A stretch of DNA of 15,997 bases from an uncultured Gammaproteobacteria bacterium (GTDB taxonomy: Bacteria > Pseudomonadota > Gammaproteobacteria > SZUA-229), in assembly GCA_965368115.1 (NCBI GenBank), contig CBDULQ010000066.1:1-15997 (forward strand), in the 5' to 3' direction. Within the stretch, counting starts at the first letter, position 1, and every line of letters starts with the position of its first letter. A model generated the notes under the pieces. That model ran no database searches, was not told where the DNA came from, and saw only the letters and a program-made list of their open reading frames with translations. Of this stretch, positions 5,366 to 13,719 are shown in pieces. A program made the translations under genes and the position numbers.

Positions 5366-6739
5366 ATGAAGAAACGAATTGTCGCATTGCTAACACTGAT
5401 GGTGTCCTGCTCGGGGGTATCCGCCGAGACCATCCGTATTGCAATCGGTCATCAGAGTAAGTGCACCGACACCTACACCGCAGGCATTATTGTTAAAGAA
5501 CTCAAATTGATCGACAAGTACCTCCCCAGAACCGGTAAATACAAAGACGCTGAATACGAATACAACTGGAAAGACTACGCGTCCGGTTCGCCGATCACCA
5601 ATCAGATGATGGCCAACAAGCTCGACTTCGGTGTTATGGGTGATTACCCGCTGATCGTCAATGGCGCCAAGTTCCAGGAAACCAATAGCCTCGAGTCACT
5701 TTACATCGCCGGTACCGGTTACAACGTGAAAGGTTCAGGTAACGCCATCGTGGTGCCGGTCAAATCCGATGTATTCGAACTGGAAGACCTGAAAGGCAAA
5801 ACCATTTCCGTGCCGGTTGGTAGTGCTGCCTGGGGTATGACCCTGAAAGCGCTTCAGGACAAAGGCATTCGTGAACATGTCGAAATCAAGAACCAGAGTC
5901 CTTCGGTGGGTGCCGCCAATATTGCGCAGGGTAAGATCGACGCGCACGGTGACTTCTGTCCCTGGTCCGAAATCATGGAATTCCGCGGTACCGGCCGCAA
6001 GATCTTCGACGGTAGTGAAGCCGGCGTACCTTACCTGCACGGTGTAGTCGTGCGTAAGGACTATGCGGAGAAATATCCCGAAGTGGTCATCGCTTTCATG
6101 AAAGCGATTGTTGAAGCCGGTGACTGGGTACGCAAGGACCCGGTGATGGCTGCAACCAAACTGGAAGAGTGGACCGGTGTAGAGCGCGAAGTACAGTACC
6201 TGTATTTCAGCAAGGGTGGCGCATTGACGCTTGACCCGACTATCAAAGATGCCTGGGTCGATGCACTGAAATTCGATCACACGGTGCTGGTGAAAGAAAA
6301 AGCCATTCCGCCGCTGGATTTCAATGCCTGGATTACCGACAAGTACATCCGCCAGGCCTATAGCGAAATGAAACGTGATTACGAAGCGGATCTGACCTAC
6401 ACCCGGGACCCCAAGGCAGAAAACATGAAGCTGCCGCCGGCTGAAGTCTGGCATGCGGACAAGGGTATTATCAGCTACGACAGTGTTGCCGCCATGTTGG
6501 ATGATGCCGCCAAATTCAAGAAAGACGGCAAGCTGCGTGCATCCTATGTTTTCGATAACACCACCGGCCTGAAGATCTTCGCCAAGATTGCCTTCTACGT
6601 GAAAGATAAAGAGGGTAAATATGTGGCCTTCATGCGCAAGCCGGATGCCAGCGAGTTCGCTACGACATCCGGCGGCCAGCTGGTCGACAAAATCGAAACA
6701 TCAACAGGTGAATTCCTGCAACTGAGTTCCCTCAACTGA
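5366..6739 (+). CDS. ABC transporter periplasmic substrate-binding protein, NitT/TauT (NMT1/SsuA/TauA/NrtA-like) family, signal peptide
   Basis: The signal peptide MKKRIVALLTLMVSCSGVSA-E is present. The ~458-aa length recalls the NrtA/CmpA-sized members. The gene precedes a cognate permease and a NitT/TauT-type ATPase. A GAGG motif lies 9 nt before the ATG at 5366; the in-frame ATG at 5360 is too close to the SD. Confidence 0.8.
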   Translation: MKKRIVALLTLMVSCSGVSAETIRIAIGHQSKCTDTYTAGIIVKELKLIDKYLPRTGKYKDAEYEYNWKDYASGSPITNQMMANKLDFGVMGDYPLIVNGAKFQETNSLESLYIAGTGYNVKGSGNAIVVPVKSDVFELEDLKGKTISVPVGSAAWGMTLKALQDKGIREHVEIKNQSPSVGAANIAQGKIDAHGDFCPWSEIMEFRGTGRKIFDGSEAGVPYLHGVVVRKDYAEKYPEVVIAFMKAIVEAGDWVRKDPVMAATKLEEWTGVEREVQYLYFSKGGALTLDPTIKDAWVDALKFDHTVLVKEKAIPPLDFNAWITDKYIRQAYSEMKRDYEADLTYTRDPKAENMKLPPAEVWHADKGIISYDSVAAMLDDAAKFKKDGKLRASYVFDNTTGLKIFAKIAFYVKDKEGKYVAFMRKPDASEFATTSGGQLVDKIETSTGEFLQLSSLN

Positions 6740-6759
6740 TTGATGAGCTTCATTGGGTT

Positions 6760-6780
6760 CCGGCGGTTAGCCGCCGCCGG
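6760..6780 (+). other. GC-rich intercistronic hairpin between the SBP and permease genes
   Basis: CCGGCGG-ttagccg-CCGCCGG forms a 7-bp G/C stem with no clear U-tract. A role as an attenuator or mRNA-stability element setting SBP:permease stoichiometry is conceivable. Confidence 0.4.
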
Positions 6781-6812
6781 TTCTCCAATGATTTTTCCAG
6801 CCGGGTAGAGCA

Positions 6813-7775
6813 ATGACATTGGAAAGCGCAAAACTAATTAAACAGGATGACCTGGATACGCCGGAGACGAATCCGGACGCCGCCAGCGACACGCAGGCGA
6901 CGGCACAGGTCAAGCCGATCAAGCAAGCGGATGCTGATTCCGCCACCGCGGAAACAGCCGTTATGAATACAAGACCTGCGGCCAGCACCGGTCGGCCCGC
7001 AAAAAAAGTGCCCTGGGATCGCTATGCGATTCGCGTTGCGGCGGTCATCGTGGCCGTTTTGCTCTGGCAGCTTGCATCGTCCACAGGGTTTAACTTTGTG
7101 ATCAATTTCGAGAACATTCCATCGCCACAAAAAGTGGGTGCACAGTTCGTTCACCTGCTGGGCACGGAAGAGTTCTATACCCACATCGTTGTCAGCCTTA
7201 AACGCATACTGATCGCTTTCACCATGGCCTCGGTGCTGGGTGTTATCGCCGGTATATTCATGGGGCGCTCACGTCTGGTCTATGACGTGCTCATGCCCTA
7301 TATCGAAATTTTACGACCGATCCCGGCCGTGGCCTGGATTCCGCTGTCCATTCTGATGTTGCCGACGGAAGAATCGAGCATCATCTACATCACTTTCCTC
7401 GGCGCTTTGTTCCCAGTGATTCTGAATACCATCCATGGCGTCGAGCAAACACCGGAAACGCTGGTAAGGGCGGCGCGTTCACTGGGAGCGAATAATCGCG
7501 CCATCATGTGGCATGTGATTCTGCCCGGCGCCTTGCCCAGCATCATGGCGGGTCTGGCGATTGGCATGGGTGTGTCCTGGTTCTCGCTGCTGGCCGGCGA
7601 GATCATCAGCGGTCAGTACGGTATCGGTTACTTCACCTGGAACTCCTACACACTCGTGGAATACCCGAACATCATTATCGGCATGCTGACAATCGGTGGC
7701 CTGGGTACCTTGTCTACCTGGCTTGTAAAGCAGGCGTCCAAGCCGGCACTTCGCTGGCAGAGTTCGGAGCATTGA
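6813..7775 (+). CDS. ABC transporter permease (BPD_transp_1; SsuC/TauC/NrtB-like)
   Basis: The conserved permease loop LGANNRAIMWHVILPGALPSIMAGLAIGMGVSWFSLLAGE is present, with six or more hydrophobic helices. A ~90-aa low-complexity hydrophilic N-terminus may mean the real start is later, for example the ATG near 6962. Confidence 0.8.
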   Translation: MTLESAKLIKQDDLDTPETNPDAASDTQATAQVKPIKQADADSATAETAVMNTRPAASTGRPAKKVPWDRYAIRVAAVIVAVLLWQLASSTGFNFVINFENIPSPQKVGAQFVHLLGTEEFYTHIVVSLKRILIAFTMASVLGVIAGIFMGRSRLVYDVLMPYIEILRPIPAVAWIPLSILMLPTEESSIIYITFLGALFPVILNTIHGVEQTPETLVRAARSLGANNRAIMWHVILPGALPSIMAGLAIGMGVSWFSLLAGEIISGQYGIGYFTWNSYTLVEYPNIIIGMLTIGGLGTLSTWLVKQASKPALRWQSSEH

Positions 7776-7776
7776 T

Positions 7777-8430
7777 ATGTACGCAAGAATACTGATCAAC
7801 GAAATTCGCCAGCACTGGATCATGTTTCTCGGCATCAGTATCGGCTTTGTGGTGATGTACTACGGCAGCCTGTTGCTACTCACCATGCTGCGTTTCGGCG
7901 AGATTCCGAACTATGTGGAGTTCTATGACATTTTCAAAATCTATGCCGGCATTTTCGAAGGTACGCCGTCGCTCAGCGATGCACTGATGATCCTGAAAGA
8001 CGAAGCCTGGATCGAAACCGGTTATAAAAATCCGGATTACTACGGCGTTGCGACCTGGAGCTACATGCTGATTCCACCGAAGATGTTGCTGGTGTTATTG
8101 CTTGGTATGTTGCTCGGCGTGTTCAGTATCCTGGTGACTTCGAAACGCAAGGCTTGTGCACGAGGTGTGGATAAAAAAATGGTCGCTGCTGCAGGTGTGG
8201 GTTCTTCACTGGTCTGCCTGACCAGTGCGACCCTGACCTGGGTGGTGTGTTGTGCGACGCCGTCCTGGGTGGTGGCCCTGGCCATGCTCGGTATGAACGC
8301 CTCACTGGCCCTGTTCCTGGAACCGCTGGGGCAGGTGATGATGTTGCTGGGGCTGGGCATTATGTTTGCCATCATCATTGTGCAACTGCGCCAGATGGCT
8401 GCCTATAAAACACACGAGCATCATTCCTGA
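7777..8430 (+). CDS. uncharacterised polytopic membrane protein (217 aa) inserted between the permease and ATPase genes
   Basis: The start is translationally coupled: permease TGA at 7773-7775, ATG at 7777. Several hydrophobic segments and a Cys cluster (…SSLVCLTSATLTWVVCCATPSWVV…) are present. I recognise no family. Confidence 0.55.
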   Translation: MYARILINEIRQHWIMFLGISIGFVVMYYGSLLLLTMLRFGEIPNYVEFYDIFKIYAGIFEGTPSLSDALMILKDEAWIETGYKNPDYYGVATWSYMLIPPKMLLVLLLGMLLGVFSILVTSKRKACARGVDKKMVAAAGVGSSLVCLTSATLTWVVCCATPSWVVALAMLGMNASLALFLEPLGQVMMLLGLGIMFAIIIVQLRQMAAYKTHEHHS

Positions 8431-8462
8431 AATTAGACTGATAACAGACGAGAGATAGACGC

Positions 8463-9329
8463 GTGCTGAATGTAAAAGAAGACATCGATCATCAGGCCGA
8501 CATGCCGCCGCTGGGTGCGCCCCGTATGCAACAGCATAAACCCTCCCAGGGACGTATCGTCATCGACGACGTTTCGGTGAGGTTTCCCGGCGGTGCGGTT
8601 GCGGTCGAGGGCGCCTGCCTGACCGTGGAGCCAGGTGAATTCATCTGCCTGCTGGGTCCTTCCGGTTGCGGAAAATCGACCCTGATGAATACCGTTGCCG
8701 GTTTCGTTCAACCCACTAGCGGTCGGGTTAGTGTCGACGACAGGGTCATCGAAAAACCCGGCTTCGATCGCGGCATGGTATTCCAGCATCATTCGTTGTT
8801 TCCCTGGAAAACCGTTCGCGACAATATTGCGTTCGGACCGCTGATGGCGAACAAGGGCAAAAACGAAGCGATTAGTATCGCGCGAACCATGCTTGGTATG
8901 GTCGGGCTGAGTGCGTATGAAAATCGTTACCCGGGTGTGCTGTCCGGTGGAATGAAACAGCGTGTGGGTATTGCACGTGCACTGGCCAACTATCCCAATG
9001 TATTGCTGATGGACGAACCCTTCGGTGCACTGGATGCGCAGACTCGCACCATGATGCAGGAGAATCTGCTGCAGATCTGGGGCGAATTCGGTATCAGTGT
9101 GATTTTTGTAACCCACGACATCGATGAAGCCGTATTTCTTGCCGATCGTGTGGTGGTGATGAGTGCTAGCCCCGGCCGGCTGATTGCGGATATCAAGGTC
9201 GATCTGCCACGACCGCGTGAACCGGACATGGTGACGTCGGATGTATATATCCAGACCAAGCGCCAGTGTCTGGACCTGATTCGAGAAGAATCCTTACGCG
9301 CCTTCGAACAACAGGGTGACAAGGGTTAA
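8463..9329 (+). CDS. ABC transporter ATP-binding protein, NitT/TauT family (SsuB/TauB/NrtD-like)
   Basis: Walker A GPSGCGKST, signature LSGGMKQRVGIARAL, Walker B LLMDEPFGALD and H-loop VTHDIDEA are all present. The start is uncertain: GTG at 8463 has a GAGAGA SD, and in-frame ATGs follow at about 8500 and 8527. Confidence 0.85.
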   Translation: MLNVKEDIDHQADMPPLGAPRMQQHKPSQGRIVIDDVSVRFPGGAVAVEGACLTVEPGEFICLLGPSGCGKSTLMNTVAGFVQPTSGRVSVDDRVIEKPGFDRGMVFQHHSLFPWKTVRDNIAFGPLMANKGKNEAISIARTMLGMVGLSAYENRYPGVLSGGMKQRVGIARALANYPNVLLMDEPFGALDAQTRTMMQENLLQIWGEFGISVIFVTHDIDEAVFLADRVVVMSASPGRLIADIKVDLPRPREPDMVTSDVYIQTKRQCLDLIREESLRAFEQQGDKG

Positions 9330-9338
9330 ACGAAAAGT

Positions 9339-9989
9339 ATGAACATGAACGTATTGTATGACCACACAATCGGCCGGAGTGCGGCGATCCTTGCGATCGT
9401 CGCCGTGCTGATCCTCGGTTGCAGTACGCAAACTGAAAGCGACATGCCGGAATCGATTCGCGATGTTGCTCTGGAAACACCGATCGCTCTGGCAGATGTG
9501 AAACTGCTGGATGATCAACAACAGCCGGTGACGCTGGAAAATTTTACCGGTCACTGGACCCTGGTGACCTTCGGTTACACCCATTGCCCGGATATCTGTC
9601 CGGCGACTCTGTCGCAGATCGGCATGCTGTACAAGCTGGTGCAACAGGATGGTGTAAAGGATCTACCCAGGGTGTATTTCGTCAGTGTCGATCCGCAGCG
9701 CGATGCTCTGGAATACCTGGGTGAATACACCCGTTATTTCAACACAGCGTTCATCGGTATCAGTGGTGACCAGCAGGCGTTGAAAAATTTCGAAGACCAG
9801 TTTGGTGTGTTTCATCGATATGAGAAACAGTCGGGCTCGGAAAATTATCTGGTGGATCACAGTGCGGATATTTTCCTCGTCGATCCACAGGCGCGTATCG
9901 TGGCGAGCTTTCAGCCGCCGATGAATTTACGTCAGGTTGCCGATCTGTATGCGGGGTTTGTTGATTATTATGCCGGGAAACAGAGTTGA
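9339..9989 (+). CDS. Sco1/SenC family copper chaperone / thiol-disulfide oxidoreductase, lipoprotein
   Basis: Lipobox LILGC-S. The Sco CxxxC motif reads HCPDICP, downstream His, thioredoxin-like fold signature (…YFVSVDPQRD…). Confidence 0.85.
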   Translation: MNMNVLYDHTIGRSAAILAIVAVLILGCSTQTESDMPESIRDVALETPIALADVKLLDDQQQPVTLENFTGHWTLVTFGYTHCPDICPATLSQIGMLYKLVQQDGVKDLPRVYFVSVDPQRDALEYLGEYTRYFNTAFIGISGDQQALKNFEDQFGVFHRYEKQSGSENYLVDHSADIFLVDPQARIVASFQPPMNLRQVADLYAGFVDYYAGKQS

Positions 9990-10734
9990 TGAACTTGTTG
10001 ATCGCGATACTTTGTCAGCGACACGCCACTGGTTGTGGCGAGGTGGTCTGCTGTGGGGTGCATTCATCATGATGAACAGTATCGAACTGCGTGCCGACAC
10101 CATCGACAACAGCGGCCAGGAGCCTTATGAGCAATGCGGTTACTGCCACGAATACGACGGTAATACGGTGATGGCAGATTTTCCGCGCCTGGCGGGACAG
10201 TGGCCGGCGTATCTGCGAAAACAGTTACATGATTTCAGGGCGAAGCGTCGCATCAGTTCGCATATGAACCCGACCGCAGAACTGCTCAGTGACGAAGACA
10301 TCGAGTCGGTTGTGGCTTATTTCAACAGCCAGCTGCCGCGTGCAAAACAGTTACCGGCGCAGAACGAAAACGATGCGCAGCATGCCCGGCGCCTGTTTAC
10401 CCATGGTGATACACAACGCGGTTTGCCGGCCTGTATCGAATGCCATGGCGACCAGGGTCAGGGCAGGGCGCAACCGCTGGCACCGAACATTGCCGGTCAA
10501 CAACCGGATTATCTGCAACGCCAGCTGAACAACTTCCGCGCCGGCGAACGTAGTAACGACCCAAACGCTCGCATGCGTCAGGTTGCGGCGCTGTTGACGG
10601 ATCACGAGATCGTCATTCTGAAGGATTTTCTGGCGCGTATGCAGCCGGTGAAAGCGCCTGCGCAAACCGTATCCGGCGCGGCTGAATCGAATCTTAATTT
10701 AACCCGAAACACAACGGCGCAGACAAAACATTAA
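9937..10734 (+). CDS. di-haem cytochrome c4-family protein
   Basis: Two CxxCH haem-binding sites (CGYCHE, CIECHG), each followed by the c4-type motif (LAGQ…YL.KQL.DFR / IAGQQPDYLQRQLNNFRAGER). The ORF overlaps the sco gene by 53 nt in another frame. The true start may be an internal ATG at 9970 or a TTG near 10009, either of which would yield a signal peptide (…GGLLWGAFIMMNSIELRA-DT). Confidence 0.75.
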   Translation: MPICMRGLLIIMPGNRVDELVDRDTLSATRHWLWRGGLLWGAFIMMNSIELRADTIDNSGQEPYEQCGYCHEYDGNTVMADFPRLAGQWPAYLRKQLHDFRAKRRISSHMNPTAELLSDEDIESVVAYFNSQLPRAKQLPAQNENDAQHARRLFTHGDTQRGLPACIECHGDQGQGRAQPLAPNIAGQQPDYLQRQLNNFRAGERSNDPNARMRQVAALLTDHEIVILKDFLARMQPVKAPAQTVSGAAESNLNLTRNTTAQTKH

Positions 10735-10774
10735 GTCTGCATAAACAATAACTTGTACTGATCAGGTGAAGCCC

Positions 10775-10797
10775 TATAATGACATGTCATAACATGT
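10775..10797 (+). promoter_or_regulatory. gntR promoter -10 (TATAAT) overlapping the palindrome ATGACATGTCAT and a second ACATGT repeat; candidate autoregulatory operator
   Basis: TATAAT spans 10775-10780 with a -35-like TTGTAC 16 nt upstream. A perfect 12-bp palindrome spans 10779-10790, followed by AACATGT at 10791-10797. GntR/HutC operators are typically palindromes built around GT…AC. Confidence 0.5.
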
Positions 10798-10814
10798 AGA
10801 TACAGGTACCGATT

Positions 10815-11567
10815 ATGAGCACAGATCGTAAACAGTTTTCACCTCTCAGTAATGGTTCGTTACAGCCCCTGTATATCCAGATCAAGGAGGCGATCAAACA
10901 GCGCATCCTTGATGGGGATTACGCCGCCCACGAACGCCTGCCGTCGGAATCGGAGCTGATGAAAGTGTTCGGTGTCAGCCGCATCACCGTACGCCAGGCG
11001 TTAAGGGATCTGCATAGCGACGGCATGGTGTTCAGCGTGCAGGGAAAGGGCACTTTCGTATCCAAACCGAAAGCAGTGCAGGACGTGCAACGGCTGCAGG
11101 GTTTCGGTGAGGCGATGGCGCCGAAAGGTTATGAAACATCGGCGCGAGTGATCAGCGTAAGTGAAACCCGGGCCAGCCAGGAAGTGGCGGAAGCGCTGGA
11201 TATCACGCGCAACGTCAAGGTCGTCGAACTGAAACGGGTGCGTTTTCTGAATCGCGAACCCATTTCCATCGACCACAGTTTCTTCCCGCTGGACATCGGT
11301 CAGAAACTGCAGGCCCGCGACCTGACACAGGATGTCTTTCCGCTACTGGAAAACGAATTCGGCGTTCTGCTGAGTCATGCGGATTTGCAGATCGAAGCGA
11401 CCGCGGCCAGTGAAGAACAGGCGAGTTTTCTCAACATCGACGTCAATCGGCCGGTGTTGAAGATCAAACGCCTGGTGTTCAACCAGCAGGGTAAGCCGGT
11501 GGACTTCGAATATCTGTTTTATCGCGGTGATGCTTTCCAGTATCACCTGCGCGTAGACAGAAAATAG
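10815..11567 (+). CDS. GntR-family transcriptional regulator, HutC/FarR subfamily (HTH_GntR + UTRA domain)
   Basis: The N-terminus (…LPSESELMKVFGVSRITVRQALRDLHSDGMVFSVQGKGTFV) is a classic GntR winged-helix domain. The C-terminal ~150 aa are UTRA-like. Confidence 0.85.
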   Translation: MSTDRKQFSPLSNGSLQPLYIQIKEAIKQRILDGDYAAHERLPSESELMKVFGVSRITVRQALRDLHSDGMVFSVQGKGTFVSKPKAVQDVQRLQGFGEAMAPKGYETSARVISVSETRASQEVAEALDITRNVKVVELKRVRFLNREPISIDHSFFPLDIGQKLQARDLTQDVFPLLENEFGVLLSHADLQIEATAASEEQASFLNIDVNRPVLKIKRLVFNQQGKPVDFEYLFYRGDAFQYHLRVDRK

Positions 11568-11713
11568 CGACACTCAGGGCTCGATGTGTCGTTGCAGCGT
11601 AATCGTTCGTCAGAATTACAGTACGCACGATTGCATAACAGGGATGTGAATATTGTTCTGTCCGAGGATTCGGGCAGAGACATCAGGATCACGACTCAAA
11701 ATAGGTGAAAACA

Positions 11714-13459
11714 ATGGCACACGAGAAAATTACCGACGAAATCCTGGAGTGCGATGTACTGGTCATCGGTGGTGGTACCGCAGGACCCATGGCCGCCGTC
11801 AAGGCCAAGCAAAGCAATCCCGATCTCAACGTGGTGGTGCTGGAAAAGGCCAACGTCAAACGTAGCGGCGCAATCAGTATGGGTATGGACGGCCTCAACA
11901 ATGCGGTGATTCCCGGTCACGCCACCCCCGAACAATACGTCAAGGAAATCACTGTCGCCAACGACGGTATCGTCAACCAGAAAACCGTCATGGCCTACGC
12001 ACAGAAAAGCTTCGACATGATCAAGCAGCTGGACGAATGGGGCATCAAGTTCGAGAAAGACGAAACCGGCGATTATAACGTCAAGAAAGTCCATCACATG
12101 GGCACTTATGTACTGCCCATGCCGGAAGGTCATCACATGAAGAAGGTGCTGTATCGTCAGTTACGTCGGCATCGAGTCAGCGTGGTGAACCGTTTCATGG
12201 CCACGCGCTTGTTCAAGGACAGTGAAGGTAAAATTTGCGGCGCGTTCCTGCTCAATCCGCGCACCGGAGAAACGGCCGTGATTCGTGCCAAGACGGTGAT
12301 TCTGTGTACCGGTGCTGCCGGTCGCCTGGGTCTGCCGTCTTCCGGTTACCTGTTCGGTACCTATGAAAATCCCACCAACGCCGGTGACGGTTACAGCCTG
12401 GCCTATCATGCGGGTGCCGAGCTGAGCGGCCTGGAATGTTATCAGATCAATCCCCTGATCAAGGACTACAACGGTCCGGCCTGTGCTTATGTGACCGGGC
12501 CCATGGGTGGATATACCGCTAACGCCCAGGGTAATCGTTTCATCGAATGCGACTACTGGAGCGGGCAGATGATGATGGAATTCTACAAGGAACTGGAAGG
12601 CGGTAAGGGGCCGGTGTTTCTGAAACTGGATCACCTGGCCGAGGAAACCGTCGAGGAAATCGAAGAGATTCTGCATACCAACGAGCGTCCCAGTCGTGGT
12701 CGTTTCCACGAACGGCGCGGCACCAACTATCGGGAAAAAATGGTCGAGATGCACATTTCCGAAATCGGTTTCTGCAGCGGTCACAGTGCTTCCGGTGTGT
12801 GGGTTGATGAAAACGCACGCACCACCGTACCCGGTTTGTATGCTGCAGGCGACCTGGGTAGTGTGCCGCACAACTATATGCTGGGCGCTTTCGTGTATGG
12901 CGAACTGGCCGGAGTCGATGCGGCCAGTTACTGTGCTGAACACGCGCTGGGCGAAATCGATCCGGAGGAAGTGGAAAAAGAAAAGCAGCGCGTACTCGCG
13001 CCTTTACAAAGGGAAGACGGTATTCCGCCCGCGCAGATGGAATACAAGCTGCGCCGCATGGTGAACGATTATCTGCAACCGCCCAAAGTGACGCGCAAGA
13101 TGGAAATCGGTCTGGACCGTTTCGCGGAGATTCGCCAGGACCTGGACATGCTGTGCGCCAACGATCCCCACGAACTGATGCGCGCCATGGAAGTGCATTT
13201 CATTCTCGATTGTGCGGAGATGGCGGCTCATTCATCGCTGTACCGTACCGAGAGCCGTTGGGGTCTGTATCACTATCGCGTCGACTATCCCCAGGTGGAT
13301 GAAGACAACTGGTTTGTGCATGTGCAGACCATCAAGGGTGAAAACGGTCAGCCGACCTGTTTCAAACGACCCATCGATCCCTATGTCGTCGAGCTGGATG
13401 AAACCGAGAAAGACGCTTATCAAAAACTGCGTGTTGCCAGCAACACGGCCGAAATGTAA
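11714..13459 (+). CDS. FAD flavoprotein of the fumarate-reductase/succinate-dehydrogenase superfamily, closest in motifs to adenylylsulfate (APS) reductase alpha subunit (AprA-like), ~581 aa
   Basis: Dinucleotide-binding motif DVLVIGGGTAGPMAAV. An AprA-type RSGA…G…N motif (KRSGAISMGMDGLNNAV; compare AprA ERSGAVAQGLSAIN). The C-terminal motif ESRWGLYHYRVDYPQVDEDNWFVH matches the AprA/FrdA (ESR…YR.D(Y/F)P…D.NW) signature. SD AGGTGA lies 5 nt before the ATG at 11714; the listed GTG at 11705 is less likely. The protein is shorter than canonical AprA (~640-660 aa). Confidence 0.75.
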   Translation: MAHEKITDEILECDVLVIGGGTAGPMAAVKAKQSNPDLNVVVLEKANVKRSGAISMGMDGLNNAVIPGHATPEQYVKEITVANDGIVNQKTVMAYAQKSFDMIKQLDEWGIKFEKDETGDYNVKKVHHMGTYVLPMPEGHHMKKVLYRQLRRHRVSVVNRFMATRLFKDSEGKICGAFLLNPRTGETAVIRAKTVILCTGAAGRLGLPSSGYLFGTYENPTNAGDGYSLAYHAGAELSGLECYQINPLIKDYNGPACAYVTGPMGGYTANAQGNRFIECDYWSGQMMMEFYKELEGGKGPVFLKLDHLAEETVEEIEEILHTNERPSRGRFHERRGTNYREKMVEMHISEIGFCSGHSASGVWVDENARTTVPGLYAAGDLGSVPHNYMLGAFVYGELAGVDAASYCAEHALGEIDPEEVEKEKQRVLAPLQREDGIPPAQMEYKLRRMVNDYLQPPKVTRKMEIGLDRFAEIRQDLDMLCANDPHELMRAMEVHFILDCAEMAAHSSLYRTESRWGLYHYRVDYPQVDEDNWFVHVQTIKGENGQPTCFKRPIDPYVVELDETEKDAYQKLRVASNTAEM

Positions 13460-13469
13460 GGAGCCTGTT

Positions 13470-13703
13470 ATGCCATTTGCACTCAATCAAACCAATGTTC
13501 CGGTTGTGGTCAACGCGGAAGCCTGTATCGCCGACAAAGGCTGTAATGCCTGTGTCGATGTATGTCCACTGGACGTGCTGGAGATCAACAAGGAAAAAGG
13601 CGTTGCCTTTATGAAATACGATGAATGCTGGTACTGCCTGCCCTGCGAGACAGACTGTCCCACCAACGCCATTCACGTCAACATTCCTTATTTACTGCGC
13701 TAG
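13470..13703 (+). CDS. small 2x[4Fe-4S] ferredoxin resembling the N-terminal domain of APS reductase beta subunit (AprB-like), 77 aa
   Basis: SD TAAGGAG lies 6 nt before the ATG, immediately after the stop of the flavoprotein. The Cys clusters are CIADKGCNACVDVCP and CWYCLPCETDCP. The pattern …LEINKEKGVAFMKYDECWYCLPC… parallels AprB (…KEKMKAYNREPDMCWECYSC…). The AprB C-terminal tail is absent. Confidence 0.65.
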   Translation: MPFALNQTNVPVVVNAEACIADKGCNACVDVCPLDVLEINKEKGVAFMKYDECWYCLPCETDCPTNAIHVNIPYLLR

Positions 13704-13719
13704 GCCGGGAGATTTTTAG

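Noticed and set aside
5735-6454. 239-aa minus-strand ORF inside the SBP gene
   Set aside because: It is antisense to a well-supported gene with a signal peptide and operon context. Long antisense ORFs are expected in GC-rich coding DNA.
11568-11591. hairpin CGACAC-…-GTGTCG just after gntR
   Set aside because: No U-tract follows, so it is not a convincing intrinsic terminator. It may simply be part of the promoter or operator region of the downstream operon.
13212-13469. listed 163-aa ORF start at 13212 for the ferredoxin
   Set aside because: The extension overlaps the 3' end of the flavoprotein gene in another frame. The ATG at 13470 follows a TAAGGAG SD directly after the upstream stop.
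11696-13676. several minus-strand ORFs (146, 260, 92, 104 aa) inside the AprA-like gene
   Set aside because: Same reasoning as above. The + strand protein has clear FAD-binding and C-terminal family motifs.
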